From Chloroflexota bacterium (GTDB lineage Bacteria; Chloroflexota; Dehalococcoidia; UBA2247; RBG-13-53-26), in the NCBI GenBank assembly GCA_016875915.1, contig VGOM01000007.1:1-64000 (forward strand): DNA of 64,000 nt, in the 5' to 3' direction. The position numbers and the translations under genes are program-made. Of this stretch, positions 49,405 through 58,942 are shown in pieces (positions within the stretch are counted from its first letter, which is position 1; the number at the start of each line of letters is the position of its first letter). The notes beneath the pieces were generated by a model. The model saw nothing but the letters and a program-made list of their open reading frames with translations, did not search any database and had not been told where the DNA came from.

Positions 49405-49926
49405 ATGAATGTAGTACTGTACACCACGCGCACCTGACCCTACTGCTACCAGGTGAAGGAGTTTCTTTCACAGAAGGGCATCGCCTACCAGGAGCGTGAC
49501 GTCTCGGTGGACCGGGAAGCGGCCCGGGAGATGATTCAGAAGACGGGGCAGCGGGGCGTGCCGGTGACCACGGTGGACGGCGAGGCGGTGATCGGCTTCG
49601 ACCGGGCCAGGCTGGAGCAGCTGCTGGCCAAGCAGGGTGGGGGGCAGCATCCCTCCATGGGTCTGCAGGTGGCCGACGCCAGCAAGATCGCCCAGAAAGT
49701 GGGCGCCGTGCCGGTCTTCGGAGCCCTGGTGGGCGGCGTCAGACCGGGCTCGGCCGGTGAGAAGGCGGGGCTGGAGCAGGGCGATGTGATCACCGAGGTC
49801 AACCTGCGCCGGATCAGCAACGCCGATGATCTGGAGAAGGCCGTGGCTGGACTGTCGGCGGGCAGCCGGGCGGCCATAGTCTTCATGCGGGGGCAGAAGG
49901 AGATCCGGGCGGAGGTCACCCTCTAG
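49405..49926 (+). CDS. Candidate selenoprotein: glutaredoxin-like domain (U-P-Y-C active site, in-frame TGA at 49435-49437) fused to a PDZ domain
   Basis: AAGGAGGA RBS 5 nt before the ATG at 49405. Read-through gives MNVVLYTTRT-U-PYCYQVKEFLSQKGIAYQERDVS...GVPVTTVDGEAVIGFDRARLEQLL, a complete Grx fold. The track ORF from 49453 would lack beta1 and the CxxC motif. Confidence 0.6.
49453..49471 (+). ncRNA. Candidate bacterial SECIS stem-loop (GUGAAGG-AGUUU-CUUUCAC)
   Basis: 7-bp stem (one G-U) with a 5-nt loop containing GUU, starting 16 nt 3' of the in-frame UGA. Confidence 0.35.
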
Positions 49927-50053
49927 GGCAACATCGGCGTCATTCTAGGGCACTATCACGCGGGGACGGCCGAGGGGCCGTCCCCGTTGCTTTGCGGCAA
50001 TGGCAGCCACGGCGGGGATGCGTCTATAATATCAACTGCCGGGGGAGACAGCG

Positions 50054-50854
50054 TTGAAGATCGTGCGTTTTGGGGCCGGGGGCAGGGCCAGGTACGGTGT
50101 GCTAGAAGGAGATACCATCCGCGGCCTCCGGGGCAGCCCCTTCGCCGACTCCGGAGTCGGCCTTGGCTCCCTCGAGTTCGACGGCAAGACCCTCGATGCG
50201 GGCAAGGCGAAGCTGCTCGCTCCCTGCACTCCATCCAAGCTGGTGTGCCTGGGGGTGAACTACCGCAGCCACGCTGAAGAGACAGGACTGCCCACGCCCC
50301 CGCTGCCCCTGATCTTCCTCAAGCCGTCCACGGCAGTGATCGGCCCGGAGGAGAAGATCGTCCTGCCCCCGCTGCCCAAGCGCCGCGTGGACTACGAAGC
50401 AGAGCTGGGAGTGGTCATCGGGAGAAGGGCCAGAAACGTGGCCAGGGAGGAGTTCGGCCGGTACGTGCTGGGCTACACCTGTGTGAACGACGTCACGGAG
50501 CGCTACGCTCAGCGGGACGACGGCCAGTGGACAAGGGCCAAGAGCTTCGACACCTTCGCCCCCATCGGGCCCTGGATCGAGACCGACATCAGCCCGCATG
50601 ACCTGAAGATCGAGAGTTGCCTCAACGGCGAGGTCCGCCAGTCAGCCCGGACCAGTGATCTGATATTCGGCGTGGCGGAGCTGGTGAGCTTCATCTCCGG
50701 CATCATGACGCTGCTGCCGGGCGATGTGATCGCCACAGGCACGCCCTCGGGCATCGGGCGGATGAATGCCGGCGATGTGATCGAGATCAGGATCGAGGGG
50801 ATCGGCACGCTGAGGAACTTCGTGGTGGACCAGTCTCAAGGAGAAGCGGCATGA
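50054..50854 (+). CDS. Fumarylacetoacetate hydrolase (FAH) family protein
   Basis: TTG start after GGGGGAG RBS. FAH-fold motifs (KLVCLGVNYRSHAEE, YEAELGVVIG, GDVIATGTPSGIG). Confidence 0.8.
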   Translation: MKIVRFGAGGRARYGVLEGDTIRGLRGSPFADSGVGLGSLEFDGKTLDAGKAKLLAPCTPSKLVCLGVNYRSHAEETGLPTPPLPLIFLKPSTAVIGPEEKIVLPPLPKRRVDYEAELGVVIGRRARNVAREEFGRYVLGYTCVNDVTERYAQRDDGQWTRAKSFDTFAPIGPWIETDISPHDLKIESCLNGEVRQSARTSDLIFGVAELVSFISGIMTLLPGDVIATGTPSGIGRMNAGDVIEIRIEGIGTLRNFVVDQSQGEAA

Positions 50855-52833
50855 GCAGACTGAAGCACCTCTTCCAGCCGGTGAAGATAGGCACCATGGA
50901 GATCCAGAACCGGATCGTGATGTCCGCCATGGACCCCGGCTTCGGCATTGACGACGACGGGTGCGTGACGGAACAGCTCACCGCGTTCCTGGTGGAGAGG
51001 GCCCGGAGCGGCCCAGGGATGATCGTCACCGGCGCGACTCCGGTGCACCCCTCGGGGACAGCAGATCCGAACACCATCAAGATGGTGCACCTGTGGGAGG
51101 ACAGGGTGCTGCCCAGTCTGGAAGCCATGGTGAAGGCGGTGCACCGCTACGACGTGAGGTTCGGGGCCCAGTTGAACCATGGAGGGCTGGCCCATATCCC
51201 TCAGGAGGCGGTGTGCGCTTCGGTGATCCCGGAACTGACCCAGCTCGGACTGCCTGTGAGGGAGGCCACCAGGGATGACCTGCAGGAGTATGTCGAGGCC
51301 TTCGCCGCCGGGGCAGAGAAGTCGGTGAGGGCGGGCTTCGACTTCATCGAGATCCATGGTGGTCACGGCTATCTGATCAACACCTTCCTCACTCCCTACT
51401 ACAACCGGAGGATGGACGAGTACGGCGGCAGCTTCGACAACAGGATCAAGTTCCTCCTGGAGATCATCCGGGCCATCAGGGAGAGGATCGGCCGCGGCGT
51501 TCCCCTCGGGGTGCGGCTGAACGGCGACGATTTCATTCCACAGGGAGGCTGGAGGCTGCCGGAGGTCTGCCGGCTGGCTCCCATCCTGGAGAGGGAGGCG
51601 GTGGACTACATCAACATATCGGCCGGGGCCACCTCCATGGGCACGTTGCACTACACCATTATGCCCATGTACCAGGAGCAGGGTGTCTTCGCCCCCTTCA
51701 GCGAGGAGGTGAAGAGATACGTCTCCATCCCAGTGATCCTCACGGGACGGATCAAGAGCCCGGTAGTGGCGGAAGGGATCATCAAGGAGGGCAGGGCCGA
51801 CCTGGTGGTCATGTCCCGGGCCCAGATCGCCGATCCCGATCTGGTAGAGAAGGCCAGACAGGGCCGCCTGGCTGACATACGGCCCTGCCTGGCGGAGTGC
51901 CTGGGGTGCATCGAGGGGATCCTGCGCTACGGCGAGGCAAGCTGCGCGGTGAACGCCAGACTGGGCAGGGAGTACCTCCTGAAGGAGATCGAGGGGGAGA
52001 AGAAGGCCTCGGCGAAGAGGGTGCTGGTGGCCGGGGCAGGGTGCGCCGGGCTGGAAGCGGCCCGAAGGGCGGCCTTCGCCGGGCACAAGGTGATTCTCTG
52101 CGAGAGCCGGAGTTGGATCGGCGGCCAACTCAGGCTGGCGGCCATGATGCCCGGGAGACAGGAGATCGGGGACATCATCCCCTGGTACGAGAGGCAGTTG
52201 CACAACCTAGGGGTGGAGATACGGCTGAACACCGCCGTGGATGAAGGCCTACTGGGCGACATTCGGCCCGACGTGCTGGTGATAGCCTGCGGCAGCCTGC
52301 CGGAGGTGTCTCTGGGGTTCATCGACGGACTGGGGAATATCAGGGATATCGAGCTGGTCATGGCCGACGAACTCATTGAGGAAGGACGGCTGACGGGCGC
52401 GGCCGTGCTGGTCATCGGCGGGGATCAGATCGGGCTGCAGGTGGCCGACCTTCTGTCACGGGACGGCAAGACCGTGCACGTGGTGGAGAAGGGGGACCAC
52501 TTCGGGCAGAAGATGGCCTCCAACGACAGGCGCTTCCTCATGGGCCGGCTGATCGCCCAAGGGGTGAAGAGGCACAAGAACGTGGAGGGCATCGAGGTCC
52601 TGCCCACCGACGAAGTGTGGATGACCAGCGGAGGCAGGCGCGAGAGGCTGCCAGCGATCGAGACCATTGTTCTGACCAGCCAGAGACGCCCCAACGTATT
52701 CCTGGAAGAGGCGGCCAAGCGGAAGGGCATCGAGACTCACATCGTCGGCGACTCCGCGGGCGTCGCCGCTGAGGGCCAGGGCACCATCATGGCGGCGATC
52801 ACCGCCGGATACGATGTGGGCCGACAGATCTAG
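50851..52833 (+). CDS. OYE-family NADH:flavin oxidoreductase fused to an FAD/NAD(P)-binding domain (BaiCD/BaiH-like), paralog 2 of 3
   Basis: 660 aa, collinear with 1443..3407 (IQNRIVMSAM, HGGHGYLIN, 4-Cys patch, VLVAGAGCAGLEAA). Start overlaps the FAH stop. Confidence 0.85.
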   Translation: MSRLKHLFQPVKIGTMEIQNRIVMSAMDPGFGIDDDGCVTEQLTAFLVERARSGPGMIVTGATPVHPSGTADPNTIKMVHLWEDRVLPSLEAMVKAVHRYDVRFGAQLNHGGLAHIPQEAVCASVIPELTQLGLPVREATRDDLQEYVEAFAAGAEKSVRAGFDFIEIHGGHGYLINTFLTPYYNRRMDEYGGSFDNRIKFLLEIIRAIRERIGRGVPLGVRLNGDDFIPQGGWRLPEVCRLAPILEREAVDYINISAGATSMGTLHYTIMPMYQEQGVFAPFSEEVKRYVSIPVILTGRIKSPVVAEGIIKEGRADLVVMSRAQIADPDLVEKARQGRLADIRPCLAECLGCIEGILRYGEASCAVNARLGREYLLKEIEGEKKASAKRVLVAGAGCAGLEAARRAAFAGHKVILCESRSWIGGQLRLAAMMPGRQEIGDIIPWYERQLHNLGVEIRLNTAVDEGLLGDIRPDVLVIACGSLPEVSLGFIDGLGNIRDIELVMADELIEEGRLTGAAVLVIGGDQIGLQVADLLSRDGKTVHVVEKGDHFGQKMASNDRRFLMGRLIAQGVKRHKNVEGIEVLPTDEVWMTSGGRRERLPAIETIVLTSQRRPNVFLEEAAKRKGIETHIVGDSAGVAAEGQGTIMAAITAGYDVGRQI

Positions 52834-52848
52834 GCAGGCCGGTCCCTG

Positions 52849-53379
52849 ATGACATCCCCAAACCCAGCAGAACGCGCCTTCCCCACGGACAGCGAATTCG
52901 AGTCGCTCTTCGGGGCGCAGATCGCCGCGGCCACCAGGATGCTGGCCGGGCATGCCGGAGGCATCTGCCAGTCGTGCCGCGGGGAGTGCTGCCGCAGGAT
53001 CGAGTGTGAGTTCTACTCAGACCGGTTCGACTGCTGCCCCATACACGGGTACCGTCCGGTGAAGTGCCGCTTCTACTACTGCGAGAAGATCCTGGAGAAC
53101 GAGACGCTGAGCGACGAGGCACGCTGGCTGCTCAACCGGCCGGCACGGGAGCTGTCTGACCGCCTCAGAGAGGACCAGGGCCTGCGGGTATTCATCGAGC
53201 CGCCAGTCAGAATCGGGGGCCGAAGCTGGCTGGCCCGGTTCGGCATCGAGGACGAAGTGGCCGGGATAGTCAGAGCCGTGAGCAAGGGCGCCCTGAGTGC
53301 CGAAGCCGGCACGGCCGGGCTGGCCGAACTGGTCCGGCAGTGCAGAGAGCGGCCGTCCGGCTCAGTGGACGATCGATGA
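52849..53379 (+). CDS. YkgJ/UPF0153-like Cys-rich putative Fe-S/zinc protein
   Basis: CQSCRGECCRR...C...CC...YRPVKCRFYYC pattern (CxxCxxCC ... RPxxCRxF). Family recalled from memory. Confidence 0.5.
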   Translation: MTSPNPAERAFPTDSEFESLFGAQIAAATRMLAGHAGGICQSCRGECCRRIECEFYSDRFDCCPIHGYRPVKCRFYYCEKILENETLSDEARWLLNRPARELSDRLREDQGLRVFIEPPVRIGGRSWLARFGIEDEVAGIVRAVSKGALSAEAGTAGLAELVRQCRERPSGSVDDR

Positions 53380-54408
53380 AGGCCCGGCGATGGTTTCCGG
53401 GATGAACTCCGGCGGCCTGACCAGCTCCATCGTCATAGCGCCCGGCGGGCACTTGAGCACACAGACACCGCAGCCGACGCACTTCTCGGCATTGATGACC
53501 GCCTTCGGCGCGTCAGGGCCATGGACCTTCTTCATCTCGATGCCATCGAAGAAGCACCAGGAGACGCAATCCCCGCAGCCGTCGCAGAGATCATTGTCCA
53601 CTTCGACCAGGAAGCGGCTGGCGGCCAGGGCCTGGGGCACCTTGTCCGCCCTGATGATGGGGTTGAGCACCAGGCAGGCACACTTGTCGCAGTAGCAGAT
53701 GAACTCCAGGGCCTCCATCGGCGAAACGTTGGCCACGGTGGGCACCAGGCCCGCCTTGCCGGCCTTCATGGACACGGCAATGGCCTCCCCCGCCGAGACC
53801 TTCCGTCCGCTGCCCCGATAGAGGTCGTATTCCGCCCTCCGGCCGAACTGGGTGCAGACCTCGGTGGGGTGATCACAGGCCTTGGCGCCCACGCGGCAGC
53901 AGCAGTGACGCACCGTGATCAGCTCCTTGTGGGCCTCGATGATGTCCGCGATGCTCTCGTGAGGCAACAGCTTCACATCCGGCGGGGTGGACTTGAGGAT
54001 GGGGGCCACCCTGAGCACGGCATTTCCCAGGGTGGTCAGTGAGTCGGCTATCTCGCGCCACCAGCCGCTCTCATAGAAGTCCATCCACAGCCTGTCGATG
54101 CCCGGCGGGACGTGCTGGGGCAGGCTGGCCAGGATGTTGTCATGCAGCGTGCCCAGGTCCCGGGGATAGCGGAACCCCTTCCGTGATGAAACCACCAGAC
54201 CTCTGCGGGCCAGATTGAGCACCCTGTCCGCCACCGCCCTCTCATCCATGCCGAACTTGGCCGCCAGATCGGCATTGGCCGCCGGCAACTCCAGGAGAAA
54301 CCGGGCCTCTTCAGGGGTCATGGCCTTCTCCAGTATCCGGTGCAGCAGCTCCGAGTCGCGGTGTCCACCCCTCTCCGCCAGCTTCACATAGGCCTCATCA
54401 GTCTTCAT
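53362..54408 (-). CDS. Fe-S protein with C-terminal 2x[4Fe-4S] ferredoxin domain
   Basis: C-terminal CDGCGDCVSWC and CVGCGVCVLKCP motifs plus additional Cys pairs (HCCCRVG, CYCDKCAC). N-terminal about 150 aa is unassigned. Confidence 0.6.
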   Translation of the reverse strand: MKTDEAYVKLAERGGHRDSELLHRILEKAMTPEEARFLLELPAANADLAAKFGMDERAVADRVLNLARRGLVVSSRKGFRYPRDLGTLHDNILASLPQHVPPGIDRLWMDFYESGWWREIADSLTTLGNAVLRVAPILKSTPPDVKLLPHESIADIIEAHKELITVRHCCCRVGAKACDHPTEVCTQFGRRAEYDLYRGSGRKVSAGEAIAVSMKAGKAGLVPTVANVSPMEALEFICYCDKCACLVLNPIIRADKVPQALAASRFLVEVDNDLCDGCGDCVSWCFFDGIEMKKVHGPDAPKAVINAEKCVGCGVCVLKCPPGAMTMELVRPPEFIPETIAGPSSIVH

Positions 54409-54447
54409 GCTTCTCCTCTCCTGTCGACAATCGCAGCAACCATCGGG

Positions 54448-54969
54448 TCACTTCCCGGGCGGCGCGAACATACTCCTGGTGATCCTCAGGCTCTTGGTCT
54501 CGTTCCGGTCCCAGACCTCCTCGAAGACGCGGTCGTAGCCGGTCTGCTGGATCTTCCATTCCCCGCCGACCTTGACGTACTCGTCATGATAGAAGGACGC
54601 CCCCCTCAGAGCGGTGTTGCTCTGAGTGACGATGACATAGTCGTGCAAAGCCCAGATCCCCCTGGCCGTGGTCTTGCCGGTGATCTCGATCTCGGGGTGA
54701 TGTCCGTGGTGCATGCTGATCATGGTCGGCCCCAGCCCTTCCCTGAGGAACTTCATGATGGCCTCCCGGCCCTGAAAGCTGTACTTGCCGCCGGAGTAGC
54801 TGGTGGTGGCATCCTCGGCGAAGCACTCCACCAACTCGTCCCACAGCTTGCTGTCCAGGCAGCGGAAGTAGCGGTACTTCAGGCGCTTGATGGCCTCTAT
54901 GTCGTCGCGAACGGCCTGCGCCCGCTCCAGCTTCTTCAACCGTGCTTCTATCTTCGAGGCCTCAGCCAT
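54448..54969 (-). CDS. SnoaL/NTF2-like protein resembling bile-acid 7-alpha-dehydratase BaiE
   Basis: 173 aa with DIEAIKRLKYRYFRCLDSKLWDEL, TTSYSGGK, ISMHHGHHPEIEI, GGEWKIQQTGY, which matches BaiE motifs as recalled from memory. Confidence 0.6.
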   Translation of the reverse strand: MAEASKIEARLKKLERAQAVRDDIEAIKRLKYRYFRCLDSKLWDELVECFAEDATTSYSGGKYSFQGREAIMKFLREGLGPTMISMHHGHHPEIEITGKTTARGIWALHDYVIVTQSNTALRGASFYHDEYVKVGGEWKIQQTGYDRVFEEVWDRNETKSLRITRSMFAPPGK

Positions 54970-55033
54970 GGCAATCCCCTTTCCGCCGGGACGCGGGGCC
55001 TTCGACCCCGGGGTCCCGGTCCGCTCAACGCTC

Positions 55034-56641
55034 CTACTTCTTGCCCGCTTGGGCAGCGTGACGGGCGGCGATGTAGCCGAAGATCATGCTCTTGCCCTGC
55101 GCCGCGCCGCTGTCGTAGTGGTGGCCCAGGGGCAGCATGGCCTGGGTATTGCTGGTGCAATACAGGCCAGGTATCACCCGACCGCGCACATCGATGACCT
55201 GAGCCTGAATATCGGTGACCAGTCCGCCCAGATTCCCCGCCGTGGTCAGGCCGAGGCGCACGCCATAGAAGGGCGGCTTCTCCAGCGCGCCAAGCACGGC
55301 ACCAGCGCCGCGTCCGGGGAAGACGAACTCTCCCCACTGGAGATCGAAGGTGCTCTCTCCCCGGCGGAAGTCGGGGTCCTTTCTCTCTCTGGCAAACCTA
55401 TTGAACCGCTCCACGGTCTCCACGAAGTTGTCCGCCGGAATGCCCAGCGCCCCGGCCAGCTCCGGGAGCGTCTGGCCGCGCTTGATCCAGTCGGCCACGT
55501 CCGTGCCCCTCTTCAAAGTCATCACAGGCATGAAATCCCGGAAGGCCTGGTCGCAGATCCAGAAGATGGGCCAGTTGGCGAATTCCCCCCTGATCCGGTC
55601 GTACTCCAGGAAGGCCCGGCCCATGTCAGGATAGAAGCTCTCGTTGCAGCAGCGCCGGCCATAGCGATTGACCATGATCATGTTGGGATACCCATAGATG
55701 AAAGGCCGGTAGAAGGGCTTGCCCCCCTCGACCACCTCGCCGGGGAGATTGAAGCCGGGCTGAAAGATGCTGTGGTCCATCAGGGCCAGCGCCGCGCCGA
55801 CCTCCATGCCCATGATATGGCCATCGCCTTCGTTGGAGGGAGCGGTGTACGCGTGAAGCGGCGGCGAGTAGATGAATCGCCGGTTCATCTCCTCGTTCCA
55901 CTCGAAGCCTCCCGTGGCCAGCAGGACGCCCCGTCGGCCCCTGACGAAGAAGTCGCGCCCGTTGCGCTCCGCGCGGAGTCCGACCACCCTGCCGTCGTCG
56001 ACGATCAACTCCTGACCGCGAACGCCCGTGATTATGTCAACTCCACGCTGGGCACAGGCCAGTGTCAGAGCGCCGATGAGGGCCCGGCCCTGAACCCAGG
56101 GCGGGCGGGGCCCGATGAGGTACTTCACCGGGTCCTTGCGCACTCTGGCCACGATGGGGTGGGCCTTCTCCGCCTCCTCCAGTACGGGGGGCATGATCTG
56201 GGGATCGGGCCAGATCTTCCGGCCCATGCACTTCCCGCCGGGGACATCGGCGCAGTACTCGGTGCGGCTGGCATCGGTCTCAGCAGTCATCTTCAAGGGT
56301 GTGTGTTCCTCGATGTAGCGGAGCATCACCGGGCCGTTGTCCAGGTAGGCAGCCAGGAGCGGCTCATCATGGTGCCCCATGCTCACTCCGCGGACGTAGG
56401 TCAGCGCGTCCTCCCGGGAGTCGTGGATGCCGGCTGCCGGCATGTGGTGATTGAACGGTATCCAGATCACCCCTCCGGAAAGGGCCGTGCCTCCGCCGAG
56501 GACATCGGCTTTCTCCAGCACCACCGTCTTCAGTCCCAAGTCATGGCCCACGATGGCGGCGGTCAGCCCGCCGCTGCTGGAGCCGACGGCCACCAGGTCA
56601 ACTTCTAGGTCCCAGCTCTGGGGAACCCTGTTCTTGATCAT
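55034..56641 (-). CDS. FAD-dependent oxidoreductase (3-ketosteroid-delta1-dehydrogenase / fumarate-reductase flavoprotein family; BaiJ-like)
   Basis: Start at MIKNRVP with GGAGGT RBS. VDLVAVGSSSGGLTAAI dinucleotide fold. C-terminal FAD_binding_2-type closure (AAGNLGG). Confidence 0.75.
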   Translation of the reverse strand: MIKNRVPQSWDLEVDLVAVGSSSGGLTAAIVGHDLGLKTVVLEKADVLGGGTALSGGVIWIPFNHHMPAAGIHDSREDALTYVRGVSMGHHDEPLLAAYLDNGPVMLRYIEEHTPLKMTAETDASRTEYCADVPGGKCMGRKIWPDPQIMPPVLEEAEKAHPIVARVRKDPVKYLIGPRPPWVQGRALIGALTLACAQRGVDIITGVRGQELIVDDGRVVGLRAERNGRDFFVRGRRGVLLATGGFEWNEEMNRRFIYSPPLHAYTAPSNEGDGHIMGMEVGAALALMDHSIFQPGFNLPGEVVEGGKPFYRPFIYGYPNMIMVNRYGRRCCNESFYPDMGRAFLEYDRIRGEFANWPIFWICDQAFRDFMPVMTLKRGTDVADWIKRGQTLPELAGALGIPADNFVETVERFNRFARERKDPDFRRGESTFDLQWGEFVFPGRGAGAVLGALEKPPFYGVRLGLTTAGNLGGLVTDIQAQVIDVRGRVIPGLYCTSNTQAMLPLGHHYDSGAAQGKSMIFGYIAARHAAQAGKK

Positions 56642-56835
56642 CGTTCGTACCTCCGTGGTGAGATTGGCCAAGACTGGTTCGGTGCTGAAGTCCCGTCTGC
56701 GGGATGGCAAAGCTCCATGATGCAACCATATGGTAGCACCGGCGCTTCGAGTTTATCAAAGCAGAGATTGGCGCTGGCCGCGAGTGTTGACTAAAATGGA
56801 CTGCAGAAGACTGACCGATCGCGGGAGGTGCTGAA

Positions 56836-57603
56836 GTGTACCCATCGTTTTCTCTGGCCAACAGAGTGGCCATCGTCACCGGTTCCGGCCGGGGCATTGG
56901 CAAGGCCACCGCCCTGGGCATGGCTCAGGCCGGTGCCGATGTGGCAATCCTGGCCCGCACCGCCGCCGATGTGGAGAAGACCGCAGGGGAGGTGCGCGCA
57001 CTGGGCAGGCGGGCCCTGGCCATTCCCACGGACGTCAGGATCAGCGAGCAGATACTGGCCATGGTGGAGGCGACACTGAAGGAGTTCGGGCGGATCGACG
57101 TACTGGTGAACAACGCCGGCGCCGCCTTCCTCGCGCCGACTCTCAGCCTCAGTGAGGGCGGCTGGGACGCCCTGATCCGGGAGAACCTGAAGACCCCCTT
57201 CCTGTGCAGCAAGGCGGTGGCCCCGGCCATGATCAAGCAGGGCAAGGGCAGCATCATCAACATCTCCTCCACAGAGGGGGTGCGCTCAGCGGCGACCACC
57301 GCGGCTTATGCCGCGGCCAAGGCAGGGGTGATCAACCTCACCCGCAGTCTGGCGGTGGAGTGGGCTCAGCACGGGATCAGAGTGAACGCCGTCTCCCCCG
57401 GATTCATCGAGAATCCGGGGTTGCCCGAGGCGCTGCAGGCGAACACAGGGCTTCAGGAGAAGCTGTCCAGGGTGCCGTTGGCCCGCATGGGCAGGCAGGA
57501 GGATATCGTGGGTGGCGTGATCTACCTGGCCTCAGATGCCGCCGCCTACGTCACCGGGGCCAACCTGATCATCGACGGCGGCCTGACCAGCGTGCTGGGC
57601 TGA
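56836..57603 (+). CDS. Short-chain dehydrogenase/reductase (SDR)
   Basis: GTG start after GGGAGGTG. TGSGRGIG cofactor motif, NNAG, catalytic YAAAK. Confidence 0.85.
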   Translation: MYPSFSLANRVAIVTGSGRGIGKATALGMAQAGADVAILARTAADVEKTAGEVRALGRRALAIPTDVRISEQILAMVEATLKEFGRIDVLVNNAGAAFLAPTLSLSEGGWDALIRENLKTPFLCSKAVAPAMIKQGKGSIINISSTEGVRSAATTAAYAAAKAGVINLTRSLAVEWAQHGIRVNAVSPGFIENPGLPEALQANTGLQEKLSRVPLARMGRQEDIVGGVIYLASDAAAYVTGANLIIDGGLTSVLG

Positions 57604-57695
57604 CGCCGGGCCGACAAGGACCACGCGTGAAACATACAGGGGTGGGCCATGCAGCCCACGCCTTTGCCATCTCTATCGGTGGATACGGCCGGACG

Positions 57696-58865
57696 CTATT
57701 GCTGGAGCTTGAACTCCCAGCGGCAGGCGATGTCTTCGGGGCTCTTCCGCGGCGGTAGTACGAGGGGGGTCACAGTCACCTTGGGGTTGACCAGGTACTT
57801 CTCGATGACCGGCTTCTCCAGGTGGTGACACATGGGGATGATCCTCTCTGGCTCCGCCTTCTCGAAGTAGTCCAGGGTGCGGCACTTCATCACCGTCATG
57901 ACCACGTGGTTGGGGCTGCGGACATCGTACTCGGCCGGGTACAGGCCGACGGTGTTGTCCAGAGGCAACTGGGTGACCTTGAGGGAGTCGAGCACCGTCT
58001 CCAGCTTGATGTTGGCTATCTTGGCGTACCTGGGATTGACCTTCTCTCCCACGATCATCCACGATGCCAGCTCGCACTCATTGGCGGCATCGGAACCATA
58101 CCGGGATTTCACCGCGTCGTAGTAGCCGCCGCTCATGATGATCCAGGCATACTGGTAGGACTGCATCAGCTTGAGAAGGAAGTCCTTGGAGAAGTTGGCA
58201 TGGGTGAGATTGAGATAGAAGGGACCGCTGTTGTCGTTCAGCTCTGGGATCTGATCCGATGGCCGCTCGTCGACCACCTCGGCCTTCTTCCTGATCTTGG
58301 TTCCCCTGGGGACTTTGATCTTGTACTCCCACTGACAGGCAATGTCCTCGCCGCTGCTGCGCGGAGGGAGCTTCAACGCCTTGACCTGGATATTGGGATT
58401 GACGATGTACTTCTTGATGATCTGGGGCTCATTCACCTGGCACATCGGCCCGATCCGGCCCGGCTCCTCCCGCTCACACCACTCCAGGGCAACGCACTTC
58501 CGCACCGTGACGATGGCATGGTTCTCGTTCTTGATATCGTAGTGAACCGGGAAGATGCCGCCCATGGTGTTGTCCAGAGGCAACTGGAGCAGCTTCAGTG
58601 AGTCCACAACGCTGTTCAGGGGGATGTTGGCCAGCTTGGCGTAGCGGGGATTGCAGCGCTCGGCCACCCTCAGCCACATCTCCAGGTCGCACTCCCAAGC
58701 CACCTTGTCGCCCCATCTCTTCTTCACCACGTCGAACCAGGCGGCATCCATGCGCAGCCAGGCCCACTGCCAGACGCCGATCAGTTTGACCAGGAACTCC
58801 TTTGAGAAATCCGAGAATCTCAGTCCGGGATTGAACGGGCCACTGAGGTCATTGAGCTCTGCCAT
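57696..58865 (-). CDS. Tandem-duplicated uncharacterised-domain protein (2 x about 180 aa)
   Basis: The two halves align residue by residue (ELNDLSGPFNPGLRFSDFSKEFLVKL... vs ELNDNSGPFYLNLTHANFSKDFLLKL...; ...NPRYAKLANI vs NPRYAKIANI; ...PPRSSGEDIACQWEYK vs PPRKSPEDIACRWEFK). Same domain as 175..657. Confidence 0.65.
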   Translation of the reverse strand: MAELNDLSGPFNPGLRFSDFSKEFLVKLIGVWQWAWLRMDAAWFDVVKKRWGDKVAWECDLEMWLRVAERCNPRYAKLANIPLNSVVDSLKLLQLPLDNTMGGIFPVHYDIKNENHAIVTVRKCVALEWCEREEPGRIGPMCQVNEPQIIKKYIVNPNIQVKALKLPPRSSGEDIACQWEYKIKVPRGTKIRKKAEVVDERPSDQIPELNDNSGPFYLNLTHANFSKDFLLKLMQSYQYAWIIMSGGYYDAVKSRYGSDAANECELASWMIVGEKVNPRYAKIANIKLETVLDSLKVTQLPLDNTVGLYPAEYDVRSPNHVVMTVMKCRTLDYFEKAEPERIIPMCHHLEKPVIEKYLVNPKVTVTPLVLPPRKSPEDIACRWEFKLQQ

Positions 58866-58942
58866 TCGGCCCCCTTTCGCTGCGAACCTTTCCTTGAATC
58901 CGATCGCCGTGCCCGCCCGCCGTCCGGGAGGGCCAACCCGCC

